A DNA stretch of 64,000 nt from Utricularia gibba (Eukaryota > Plantae > Magnoliophyta). How positions within the stretch are numbered: position 1 is the first letter of the stretch; each line of letters begins with the position of its first letter. The translations under genes were made by a program, and so were the position numbers. The DNA lies in the NCBI GenBank assembly GCA_002189035.1, contig NEEC01000021.1, positions 248,001 to 312,000 of the forward strand, in the 5' to 3' direction. Below the pieces are notes generated by a model that searched no databases, was not told the DNA's origin, and saw only the letters and a list, made by a program, of their open reading frames with translations. Below, piece by piece: positions 40,348 through 52,200 of the stretch.

Positions 40348-41511
40348 AATATAAATGTTTTTTGTATATGAACCTTCACAATAGTCAATGATTATAAGCG
40401 TCGAGCATCACATATGCTTGTCAAGAAGAATTTGTACATGGTATTATGAATTCAACAAAATAAAAAATATATATAATCTAACATACTGATGTCATGGAAT
40501 ATTTTTTGTATAATCGAAAGCTTTTGAAAATCGAATATGAAATTATTTCATTGCTTATGTAAAATTTAAATTGTCTATTGCATAGTCACTTCTTTTAATT
40601 GAATCAAATATTCCTTTTAACTTAATCCAATTTTACTTATACAATTTTTCCATAACTTTTGGATATCAGAATCACTGTTTTATCCACCCCCAATATTATC
40701 CATCATTGTCATTATTAATTTCATCTCTTATAATGAGATCAATGTAAGAGTAGTAATAGTAATAATAATATTAATAAATTTTAATTTTATTATTAGTGTT
40801 ATAATGCATTGGTAATAAATATGGACAAAAATTGTTATGCGTAATATTTTAATAAGTGGATATTAAATCTTGAATTAATTGATTTTTGAAATATGAATCC
40901 GGTATGAATTTTGGGGGAGTTTCTCACGATCCCGTTACATTGATCAGGACGGTTGCTTCACGCCAAATCATTCCATTCCTCAGTTCGGTGCCACGACGGC
41001 ACGAGCGGTGCAGAATTCTTGTGGTCGGGTTCGTAAGCGCTCTTGATTTTGCTTTCTTCTATCAATTTCTTAGTCTTCATCATACTTCTGCAGTCTTAGC
41101 TGTTTTGGGGAGGCGAGTATTCTGGAATTATTGATCTACTTCTGCTTCTGTTGATGGATTATTTAGTTTTTGGGTCTAGGGGGTTTGCTTGGCTGGGTAT
41201 TTTATCTGCACAGCCGTTAATGGGAGTGTTCCAAGGTTTAACCTATTAGCATCTCTAGAATCCTGTTTTGGGGTTTAAGTTCAGTTTTTTTATCTCAGAA
41301 AAAATGTGCTCGGTTAGCTGATTTACTGTTTGTATGTGTGTGAATCATGAAGCTGTGAGCAGCGAAGTTATGGTTTCTGTTATATTTTGGATGCTGAGTT
41401 TGCCGATTTGAGCGTTTTCATTGAAAATCATACTGTTCCTCTTTCTCTGCGAATAGGGTTGTTGTTATTGCTACTGGATATCGGAGAATTGTTGAGTCTA
41501 TTTGTACAAAG

Positions 41512-42876
41512 ATGTCAAGCCAAGTATTGGTCTCCGAGTGCACCGCAAACCGTGCAAGTGAAATGGCAACAGTGAACATGAATCACTTGCAATCAAGGCC
41601 TTTGGCTATTTTTTGGGACATTGAGAATTGCCCTGTTCCTGGTGATGTTCGGCCTGAGGATATAGCCAGTAACATACAGACTGCCTTGAAAGGACATCGC
41701 ATTCACGATGGAGCTATTGCAGTTTTTTCTGCTTATGGGGATTTCCATAATATCTCCAAACGAGTCAGAGAAGGTTGTCAAAGAACAGGAGTCAAACTAG
41801 TGGATGTTCCAAATGGGCATAAAGATGCTGCTGACAAGGCTATCTTGATTGATATGCTTCTCTTTGCTATGGATAATCATCCACCATCAACTATCATGCT
41901 TATTTCCGGAGACGTTGATTTTTCTCCTGCCCTTCATATTTTGCGCCAACGTGGATACACAGTGATTCTTGTGATTCGCTCAACAGTCCAGACCTCGTCT
42001 GCACTAAAGAATGCTGGTCACTTTGTCTTTGAGTGGCCTAGCTTGGCTCGTGGACAAGGCTTTGTCCTTCCTATTAAACCACTACAATTTCCCTCTTCTT
42101 CATGTCGACCACAGCATTCGATCAGAAACCTGCCATCTTATTTATCTAAAACATCAGCTGAAAAACAAGCTTCCTATAATCTGAACACTGTGATATGCGT
42201 ACCACCTGCAGATCTACATGCTTTGAAGGGCCAGCTTGTGAATTTACTGGAGTTATCAGGTGGCATGCTGCCTGTGGAACATCTTTCGGTGGAATACTCC
42301 AAGATCTATGGACGACCTCTTTGTATTTCCAACCGTGGTGCAGTAAAGCTCATCAGTCTTCTGAAAAAGATGCCTGATGCTTTTGTTGTAGAAGGCAAAA
42401 GCAATAAGAAGATTGTCTGCCTTCATCGTTTAAGGTCTGCACCAGCGTGCCCCAACGCCGTCCTGAGAAGGGTGAAGCAGAAAGGATATACAGTAGAAAA
42501 CACAAAGGAAAAAGATGGTGTGGTGAAAGGACCTTCCAGAGAGTCCTCTGACGTGAAAACGCCAGCTATTTTAGTGCGTAATTCACAGCAGGTTATCAAT
42601 CATAACCTAACCAAGTTCAAGCATGAGCTTGAAGAGATCATGGTTAGCTACTCCTGTCTGATCTTTCTTGGTTGGTTCGAGGCAATGTATCAGCTGAGAT
42701 ACAAACGCAGAATCGACTATCAATCACTTGGTGTTACAAATCTGGAAGAGCTTTTAAGCAAGATGTCCGATGTGGTTGAGTTGCAGGGGGATCCTGAAAC
42801 TAGTGGAAAGTTTATAGTTCCTGCTTGCAGAGCTAGTGAAGGAGGCAGTTCAGCAGTTCCTGGCACCCATGACTAA
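41512..42876 (+). CDS. NYN (PIN-fold) ribonuclease with two OST-HTH/LOTUS domains, MARF1/Limkain-b1-like (At2g15560-like); intronless CDS, 454 aa
   Basis: NYN motifs AIFWDIENCPVP, KDAADKAIL, LISGDVDFSPALHILRQRGY, with acidic catalytic residues intact. Two LOTUS-like repeats (LKGQLVNLLELSGG...YGRPL and FKHELEEIM...YKRRIDYQSLGVTNLEELL). Confidence 0.92.
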   Translation: MSSQVLVSECTANRASEMATVNMNHLQSRPLAIFWDIENCPVPGDVRPEDIASNIQTALKGHRIHDGAIAVFSAYGDFHNISKRVREGCQRTGVKLVDVPNGHKDAADKAILIDMLLFAMDNHPPSTIMLISGDVDFSPALHILRQRGYTVILVIRSTVQTSSALKNAGHFVFEWPSLARGQGFVLPIKPLQFPSSSCRPQHSIRNLPSYLSKTSAEKQASYNLNTVICVPPADLHALKGQLVNLLELSGGMLPVEHLSVEYSKIYGRPLCISNRGAVKLISLLKKMPDAFVVEGKSNKKIVCLHRLRSAPACPNAVLRRVKQKGYTVENTKEKDGVVKGPSRESSDVKTPAILVRNSQQVINHNLTKFKHELEEIMVSYSCLIFLGWFEAMYQLRYKRRIDYQSLGVTNLEELLSKMSDVVELQGDPETSGKFIVPACRASEGGSSAVPGTHD

Positions 42877-43688
42877 ACCTGTTCTTGTGGTGCTGTCATG
42901 AAGGCTTGCTATGTATATGTTATACGTTTTCCTGTAACTTAGGAAGCATGGTGTCAGTTCAGTTTCCAGAGAATCTGATGTATGCAAAACAAGCTATCTA
43001 ATGTTTCTTTTACTGTGCATTGTCACCCCGGCCAATCCAACGCCATAGGAGACAATAATCGCCCAAGGTTCGCAGAATTTCAATTTCCTGATTACTCAAC
43101 AGTTTCCAGTTTAGATCCAAGATTTTGGATGTTGAATTTCGATTTTATGATATTTTGAGTTAGTGTGGATATCATATATTTTTCAAAAATTTAGCATTGT
43201 GTTTAGTTTCAAGAAAAGTAGATATTTGCTAAAAATTGTTTTGTAACATTTTTTAGAGTATAACTTGTTTGAAAACTGATCTTTTTTTTTTAAGTGAAGT
43301 ATGTTTGATAAAACACATTCGAAGTAAATCATATCACTACATTTTTACCTCTCATACTTTTTATCCTTAATGTCTTTGCAAATTATCTTAATCTCCAACA
43401 ATTTATTATTTGTTATCTTCTTTTCAAGATTTTGGTTCAATAGAACTTATGATGACCCCCAGAAGCCGAATATGAACAATTTGATAAGAGAGAATGGCAC
43501 TCTAATTATTTGTAATCTCCACAAGTAATATTTAAAAATTTTAAATATAATCCTTAAAATCAATTACAAATAATATCATCTCTTTTTTTTTCCCTGAGCT
43601 CATGTTTATTTTTTTTTTAAAAAATTCTATTAATATTTTTGTTATTAGGTTCATAGTCATACACCCAAGTTGCATTAAGTATGTTGAT

Positions 43689-44775
43689 TGATAATTGATT
43701 TTGTGTCATTTATATTTATGCTTTTTAGGACTCAACTAGATGGGTTTTGCTTTATTTTTATTCCACTTTCCTTATGTTTTTAGAAGAATTTTATATCTTT
43801 AATACCACTTTGATTTTTTTGGAGGGAAAGTGTGTTTTGTGATTTTTCAAGATGAATTTGGAATAATTTAAAGGATTTTCGAGCTGTTTTGATGGAGGCT
43901 AAGATTTGGTCTATCCGGAGATGAAGACTCGGTCAAAGATTTTCGGATAAGATAAGATTCGTATCTTATCTTGGAGAAATTGGATCTCATCCTAGAAGAT
44001 TTGTATCAAATCTTAGAAGATTCGGATAGAAGATTTCATACGAGCCCATCAAGAAAGCCCGACAAATCCCCACCATTATATAAAGATCCAAATGTGAAGA
44101 CCTGTAGGAGTCGAAAGGGAGACGACCAAAAAGTCAATTTAGGGTTTAGAGTCGAGTCTAACATGTTTTGGATTCCTTTCCCTTCGTTTTTCATTAACTT
44201 TTGTTGTTTAGAGTCAAGCATGCGCATATGAGCGTTTGCGGTTGAGGATCCACTGTGAAGCCTTGCTTGCGCAGGTCCTGCGCGCGTGACTGTCTTACTA
44301 TGTTTTTCAGCATTTAATTTGAGGTCTGATTCTGTTTTTCGCAACGTTTTTTTTTACAAACGTGATCTTTAGTAACGTTTGTAAAAAAAACATATAACCC
44401 TAAAGGAGTGTGGGAGAATCAAAGGTTGGCCTCCAGCACCTAAGGAGAAGGACTCAATCGGACATTATTGGTAAGACACATTCTGTTTAATCTGTCTGCG
44501 AGGTATGAGGTGTACGGGTTAGATTTGGGTGTGCGAAAAACATGGGTTATCACAAGAGGTGAAATGACTCTAGTGGCGTAGTTGATTACATAATCCCACA
44601 AAACAAGGGACGATGCTATAACGGTCACCAAGTAGCACTACTTTAGCATAACACCCCCAAAGCTTGCGCAAGCAGGTCAGTCTTCAAGGTTTGCACACAC
44701 GCAAGGACGAGTTTCAAGTAAGGTGAATCTTAGATCCAAGTCCACTTTTCTTATTCTCTTCAAAACCAAATCTTT
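43689..44775 (+). mobile_element. Family A LTR copy 3, truncated ~115 bp before its 3' end; left arm of the inverted repeat
   Basis: Starts TGATAA at 43689. Colinear with the reverse complement of 46976-45906. Homology stops after ...AAACCAAATCTTT. Confidence 0.9.
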
Positions 44776-44778
44776 CTT

Positions 44779-45644
44779 GCAGATCTGTTAGCATTCTGCT
44801 CCTTGCGCGCATACTTGTCCCTTCCTGCGCAATGGTTCCTCGCTTGCGCAGGTGGTTCCCTGCGTACTGGTTCTGGTCCTTCCTCTTCGCTAGATGTTTC
44901 TTCAGCACGCACATTCCTCCTAGGCATCTGCCTCTATCTTCCATGATTTTCCCGTTCAGGATTTCCTGCAAATTCATACCTCTGCTCGTGATGAGGATTT
45001 TGGTTGTCACGTCGGTTTGCTCCATTGTAACCCCAATGGTCTTCTCCTTCCCACCTTGGAGGAGAGTTCACTCCTCGCCTTGGAGTTCGTGGGTTGCTGT
45101 TCTGTTCGTCATGATGTTGAGGTTCAAAAGCCATGTTTTCTTGCCATCCTTGTGCAAGCGTTGATTGCAAACGGTTTTCATTTGCGCCTGCATGCCTGGA
45201 ACTTCCTAGACCACGTTCCAACGCCCTGTTGGTTCGTCCTGGGTCTGATAATGCACCCATGGGCCCTTCTTGGAGAGGTTCCTTGCCTCGATTTGGTCTC
45301 AATCTTGCTGCTGTTCGTTCTTGTGCAAGCTCTTGATCGGATCCATCGCTATTCCTTCGATATGACCCTGCACGATCAGCAGCAGATCTGCCTATACCTG
45401 TTCCTTCATTTATAAGCAAGGCTGATCCAGTTGCCCTGTTTGACTGGTGTCTTGGCGTCCGTGCTCGTTTGCTATCTGGTTCGGACATCACCAGATAGTC
45501 CTCCTCATGTCCAGAATGCCTTCTAGACATGGTTTCCCTGCGTTGCGTTTGTGCTCGACGACTTTCCAACCTGATTCTCCGACAGGTCTGGTCAATTTCA
45601 CGGTCCAGCGGGTAAAGCTCGGTTGAAGCCCTGTGCCTGCGCAT
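44779..45644 (-). pseudogene. Athila-type gag N-terminal region: 236-codon ATG ORF (45644-44934); the frame stays open past one TAG up to the LTR junction
   Basis: Starts MRRHRASTELYPLDREIDQTCRRIR, like the Athila gag N-terminal motif (xxDPEIERTxRRxR). Lies 120 bp downstream of a PBS. Confidence 0.6.
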
Positions 45645-45764
45645 GCAACACTAATTAAAAGCAACTGCTTGCGCAAGTGCGATAAAAAGAATGTCTCGAA
45701 AATAACAGAAAAATAAGAAATGATCAGAAAAGAAATCAGAAAAGAAATTCCAAAGGAATACAAT

Positions 45765-45782
45765 TCCCCGGCAACGGCGCCA
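45765..45782 (-). promoter_or_regulatory. Primer-binding site TGGCGCCGTTGCCGGGGA (Athila-type, tRNA-Asp class)
   Basis: 18-mer read directly, 6 nt after the LTR end ...CCATCA on the minus strand. Confidence 0.85.
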
Positions 45783-45788
45783 AAAACT

Positions 45789-46976
45789 TGATGGTAATTC
45801 TGCAAGTGCACAGAAACCGTCGAAGTAATAAAATAAGATCGTATCCATAGGGAATTGTTATTGAAATATTCTTTTCAAAACAAAAAGTTAAAAAGATTGG
45901 CAAATAAAGATTTGGTTTTTGAAGACAATAAGAAAAATGGCATTGGATCTAAGATCCACCTTACTTGAAACTCGTCCTTGCGTGTGTGCAAACCTTGAGA
46001 ATTGACCTGCTTGCGTAAGCTTTGGGGGTGTTATGCTAAAGTAGTGCTACTCGGTGACCGTTATAGCACCGTCCCTTGTTTTGTGAGATTATGGAATCAA
46101 CCACGCCACCAGAGCCATTTCACCTCTTGTGATAACCCATGATTTCCCCACACCCAAATCTAACCCTTACACCTCACACCTCGCAGACAGATTAGACAGA
46201 ATGTGCCTTATCAACGATGTTCGATTGAGCCCTTCTCCTTAGGTGCTTGAGGCCAATCTTTGATTCTCACACACTCCCTTAGGGTTATATGGTACTAAAG
46301 ATCACGTTGGTGAAGAAAACGTTGCGACAAATAGAAACAGACCTCAAATTAAATGCTGAAAAACATAGTAAGACAGTCACGCGCGTAGGACTTGCGCAAG
46401 CAAGGCTTCACAGCAGATCCTCAGCCGCAAGCGCTCACACGCGCATGCTTGACTCTAAACAACAAAAGTTGATGAAAAACTAAAGGAAAGGAATCCAAAA
46501 CATGCTAGACTCGACTCTAAACCATAGATTGACTCTCTGTTCGTCCACCACTTTGACTCCCTTGGGTCTTCACGTTTGGATCTTTATATAATGGTGAGGA
46601 TTGCCGGGCTTTCTTGATGGGCTCGCATCAAATCTTCTATCCGAATCTTTGAAGATTTGATACAAATCTTTTAGGATGAGATCCAATTTCTCCAAGATAA
46701 GATGTGAATCTTATCTTATCCGAGAATTTTTGACCGAGTCTTCATCCGGATAGACCAAATCTTAGCCTCCATCAAAGTAGCTCGAAAATCCTCCAAATTA
46801 TTCCAAATTTGTCCTGAAAAATCACAAAACACACTTTCCCTCCAAAAAGATGAAAGTGGTATGAAAGATATAAAATTCTTCTAAAAACATAAAGAAAGTG
46901 GGATAAAAAAAATGCAAAACTCATCTAAGTGAGTCTCAAAAAAACACAAATATAAGTGACATAAAATCACTTATCA
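45789..46976 (-). mobile_element. Family A LTR copy 4, complete 5' LTR (1188 bp); right arm of the inverted repeat
   Basis: Minus strand TGATAAG...TACCATCA followed by PBS and gag. Adjoins family B internal sequence at 46977. Confidence 0.92.
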
Positions 46977-47820
46977 GTTGGTTCCCTTTTCTTTTTCAAT
47001 TCCCCAAGCTCCAATGTCAATTGGCTCAATTGAGTCTCCAAATTCTTGATAGATTTTCTATTTTCATCTTCAATTCTTGTTGATTGCACCATGAACATTT
47101 TCATCATTTCTTCGAGAAAATTTCCAGCACTTCCTCCAGCGTTGCCTTCATTTGAGCCTTCAAACTGCTACTGGTTTTGCTGGTTTTGTCGTTGAAATTG
47201 AGGTGCCTGATAGGATCTTTGCTTTTGAAAATTCTACTGCCCCATTTTTGAGCTCTCCACTTTGCAAGAATTTTCATTGTAGCTCCAACGAAAATTTGGA
47301 TGATCCCTCTACCTTGGGTTGTATGTATTTGAATATGGATCATAAATCTTCCTCTGTTGAGGCTCCAAATATCCCATAGCCTTAACATGCTCTTCTTCAA
47401 ATAAATCTGGGCACTTGTCCGCAACATGCCCTGTTCTGTGATAGTTTCCGCATGGCATGTTCTTGGCTTGGAATAAGCATAGCTTCTTCATCATTTCTGA
47501 CATAGCAGCAACATTTCTTGTGAGATCAATCTCTGAAACCTTGGGCTTACTCTCCACTTCATATACTCTCATGTTAGAGGCTTGCTTTCTGATAATATGT
47601 CTGGAATGCTCAACTAACTCCTCAAGCAAGGAAAGAGCTTCGATTGGTGTCTTTTTTCTCAAAAATCCCTTTGTTGCTGAATCAACCATGGATCTATCGA
47701 CCTCGAGCAGCCCTCTCGACCTCAAGATTGAAATCGAAATTCTCTGCACCAAAGGAACACAAATGCATCAACTAAAAACACAAAAAAATTGAACACCACT
47801 CCCCAGCAGCGGTGTCAATT
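46977..47820 (-). mobile_element. Athila family B internal region: degenerate PBS (47800-47817) and internally deleted gag
   Basis: PBS TGACACCGCTGCTGGGGA (4 transitions from the 45765 PBS). Gag fragments FDFNLEVERAAR, MVDSATKGFLRKKTPIEALSLLEEL, CGNYHRTGHVADKCP, YDPYSNTYNPR.RDHPNFRW. Confidence 0.8.
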
Positions 47821-49218
47821 TGATAAACAAAAATTCCTAATGTTGTTGCAAAAATAGAAATTTTGTTATCAAATAAATTTATAATCCCTAATCTACACAA
47901 AATACAAATTTGGAAAACTTGTATAGTAGATATGAGGGTCGATCACAAAGAGCTTGTGCTTATTAAGTGTTTTAGTAAATGCATGATTTGGAATAACAGT
48001 AGATCTTAGTCTAAGCTCAGACTAACACTGGTAAACAAATTCAGTAAAGAAGGTAGGTAAGCAATATCAAGTCTTGACGCTAAACGTGACAGGCACCGGT
48101 TCTAACTTAAAATAATACTAAAGTTCCTAAGGATCTACAGGTGGTGTAGTGCCAAAATTCCTAATTTAATCTACTATGTTCCTACACTCACAACTTCAAA
48201 TAACCTAAGTCTACCCAGGTCCTTCATCATATTTTCGGTCAAGCTAATTCTCCATATCATTACCAACCTTGCAATTAGGTCTACCCGCATGCAAAGCATA
48301 CAGAACGAGGTCTATCCGGTTCTACTGGTTCTATCCCGGACTAACACCTACTGCTCCCATCTTTATTTGTTGGTCTATCTCTAAATCAAGTATCTAAATT
48401 GTAAAGCTACTTGTTCCCCTCCTTAGGTCTACCCATGGTTTGATAGAAACAAGGGCTAAGAAACAATGGTCAATTTTATTAAGACTCCTAGACCCACACT
48501 ATCATGCTTCACCTTAAGGCAATCCTAGGGTTTAGTTTGAAGGTAAAAAGTGATGCCATTAATATAAAATAACGAAAATGTCAAGAACATTATGAAAGAG
48601 TTGCATGCAGAAACTGAAAACATCAACAAACTAAAATAAAGCAGTAAGGGTTCAGTTTTCCGTCCGCTATTGTTCCCTGGCCGGAACAGTAGCGCATGAC
48701 TAGGTTCTGATGCTGTTCTTGAGGGTGAAGTCCTTCTTCTTCTTCCCTAGTTTGTGTTCTTCATATTGGAGTTGCAGGTTCGGGGAGAAACCCCTCGTCT
48801 CCCATTGAAGGTTGCTGAATGTTGGAGGGAAACCCCCCCCCCCCGTGTGTATTCTGAAAAACGCGTTGTCCCCTTGCGATTCTCTCTCCTCTCCCTTTCT
48901 CTCACCTCCTACTGCCAAGACAAGTAAATTCTCTGACAATTCTGCTGCTCATGCCCTTGACCTGCAGATTGTTGTTGGGACAGTGTATTCATTACTTCCT
49001 GCTGCGCGGTAACTTACACGAAATCCTTGACTTTTTCATGATTTTCGGGTAGCTGCTAGGCTCAAAATTGGGTTAGAACATGGGTCACTAAAACACCAAA
49101 AATCACATTTTCCTAAATTATATATAAAAATACTTAAAAACTATAAAATAAACAACTAAATATAATTAAAAACTCATGATTTTCATATACTAAAAACATG
49201 AAAATTTGTATGCTATCA
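47821..49218 (-). mobile_element. Athila family B 5' LTR (~1.4 kb)
   Basis: Minus strand TGATAGC...TTTATCA, immediately followed by AAT + PBS. Confidence 0.75.
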
Positions 49219-49239
49219 CGCATGATTACTCACAAGAAA

Positions 49240-52200
49240 TCATTCCTACCATCATGCAACATAGTTGATGTTTAGATAGCCAACACCTTAGTCAAGAAAT
49301 CTGTAACATTCACATCTATATGAACTTTCTAAAGAAGTACCTCTTCCCTATCAACAATTTCCCTAATTCATGATAACGACGACCAACATGTTTTGTTCTA
49401 AAGTGAAACATTGGATTTTTACTCAATGAGATAGCATTCTCATTATTATAGAGAATTAATGGTCTAATATATGGAATATTCAACTTAGTTAGTAAAGATC
49501 CAATCCATTTACCTTCGTTACCTACTTCAATCAATGTCAAACACTCAGCTTCATGGTGGATAGAACAACAAATTTTTGAAGCCGTGATACCATCAACATT
49601 GCTCCTCCTCTAAGGTAGCTATCACTCTAGAAGTAAACCTCATTTAATTGACATTTTCAACCAAATCTGCATCAATAAAAATTTTCAAAGATAACTCATT
49701 AGAGTTGAAACTTAAACCCAAGCTTTTTGTCTCCTTGAGATATCTCATTAGCCACTTAAGTGTCTTTCGATGCTCCATTGCAGGATTGGATATAAGCTTG
49801 TTAATGCAACCGGCCACAAACCCAATGTTAGAGCTTGTACTGATCATCAAATACATGATTGATCTCATTGTTGAAGAAAATGGTATTTTTTCCATCTGTG
49901 TTTTTTCTTTCTCTGTCTAAAACTCATCTCTGAAGATAGTTTAATATGTCTTGGTAGGAGAGTGTTTACAATTTTAGCGTTCATCATGTTGAACTTCTCC
50001 AAAATCTATTCAACATAACTTTTTTGAGACAAGGTCTATGATTTCTCAACCATGTTTTTATGCATCTTCATCCAAAGTATTTTGTCCATTGCACCTAAGT
50101 CTTTCATCTCAAAATTTTGATTCAACTCTTCTTTTAATAGATCAATTGATTTCATATCATGATAAGCAAATAATATATCATCAATACAACACAAGTAAAA
50201 CAAAAAATTTGCCATCATGAAATGACTTGATATAGGCACACATATAAGCATTCAGTCTCACAAACCCAAAATCTATTATAAAGTAATTAAGCTTCTTATT
50301 TCATTGTCTTGACATTTGTTTAAGATCATATGAACTCCTATTTAGCTTGCACACCAATTTTTCCTGAAGATCACCATGAAGGAAAGCTATTTTCACATCC
50401 AATTCTAAATCCAAATGAGCTATTAGGGTAATGTCAATCTTAATGTAGTAGATTTACTAATAGGTATAAAGATTTCAAAATAATCTATTCCCTTCTTCTA
50501 CCGACAGCCCTTGATTACAATTCCAGATTTATATCGAATAGTCTCATCAGAATTTTTCTTGAGTTTATAAAACCATCAGTTATCTAGAACTTTCTTCCTA
50601 GGAGTAAACTGAACCAACATATAAGTCTGATTTTGTTTCTATGAGTTCATCTCATCCATCATTGTAGCCATCCATTTATCTCTACTAGTTGAGCTCATTG
50701 CCTCATTGAAATTCTCTAGTTCTCAATCCTCTATAAAAAAAATATAGTCTAAAGTTGGATATTTAGTAGATGGTATCTGCTATCTCGAACTTTGTTTTTT
50801 CTTTGTTTCAAGCGCTTGTTCAGGTTGCCGATTATTTATAGTATCATTATCCTTTGTAGATCCAGGATTCACAATCTTAATATCATTTGAATTAGACATA
50901 CTGGAACCCAAATTAATCTTAAACTCTACTTCAACTGATTTTTCATTGCCACTAGGGAATACATATTCAGATACAAAAAATTCTACATCTCTTGATTTTA
51001 CTATTTTTGCTTGATTGGACAGATAATCTATACTTATACTCTGATTTGCCATATCCTCGAAAAATGCATGGTAGAGAATGATCCTCTAATTTCTTTTATT
51101 GTTTTTTGTGTATATGGACAAAAAACTTACATCCAAATACTTTAATGTGATCAATTATAGGCTTCTTATTTGACCATATGAACTTTGTAACTTCAAAATT
51201 CAAGGTTGTTTTGGGAATCTTATTTGACAAATAGTTCATTATAGATAATGGTTCTCTCCATAGTTTTACTAGAAGCATGGCATCATTCAACATGCTTCTC
51301 ATTTTGTCAAAAATATCATTTTGAACCTCTCAGCGATCAGATTATGATGAGGGGTTCCTAGCTCTACTTGAACTTTATCAATCCTAAGTTCCTTATAATG
51401 AGACTTGAATTCATCATTGCAGAATTCTCAACCATTATCAATGAGAAATCTTTTAAACTTCCTTTCTATTGCTCTTTCTACCATCTGGTAGAATTGATGG
51501 AATATCTCAAGCACATCAGATTTTTGTTCTATCAAATATATCCAAGATTTCCTTGCATGATCATTTATGAATGTCAAGTAGTGGTTCTTTCTAGTAAATG
51601 TAGCCTCATTCACCGACCCCCCCTACATCAAAATAGATTCTGTCCAAAATTTAATCACTTCTGAAGAAACTTCCCTTGAAGACCCCTCAATTTTGTTTTT
51701 CTACAATACAATGCTTATATTTCTTTAGATGTTCAGATTTATAATCCGACAAATAATCCTTTCTGATGAGGTAATATACTCCACTTTTAGCTAGATGACC
51801 CAATCTTTGGTGCCAAAGATTCAATTTTGAACCTGAATTATCACTTGCCAAATTGATCATGTGGTTGCTTATCTTGATCTTTGTTTTATATAGTGTTCCA
51901 TGCATGTTTCTTTTTACAATCACCAATAATCCTTTTAGTCGTTGTTGCATGTCGTTTCCTCAACAAATTTTAAATATTTTAAAACGTAAACACTAGAAAG
52001 CATACTACGAGTATCGATCTCAGGGAGTTGTTTTTCGTGAAAAGTGTTTGCAAGAAACTTTCACAAAATGTCACGGTTTTGCAAAAGGGGGTTTTTAAGA
52101 TGCAGAAATAAAAGATGCAACCTAAGTGATGGGCCTTGACTACGGGACGCAATTCCTGGGAATAAGACTCCATCTCCTTCTTTTGTCCGTCCTTGCCTCG

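Noticed and set aside
43689-46976. Foldback/MULE-type DNA transposon with 1.1 kb TIRs
   Set aside because: The arms are LTRs (solo copies with 5-bp TSDs elsewhere; PBS and gag follow one arm), and no TSD flanks the unit.
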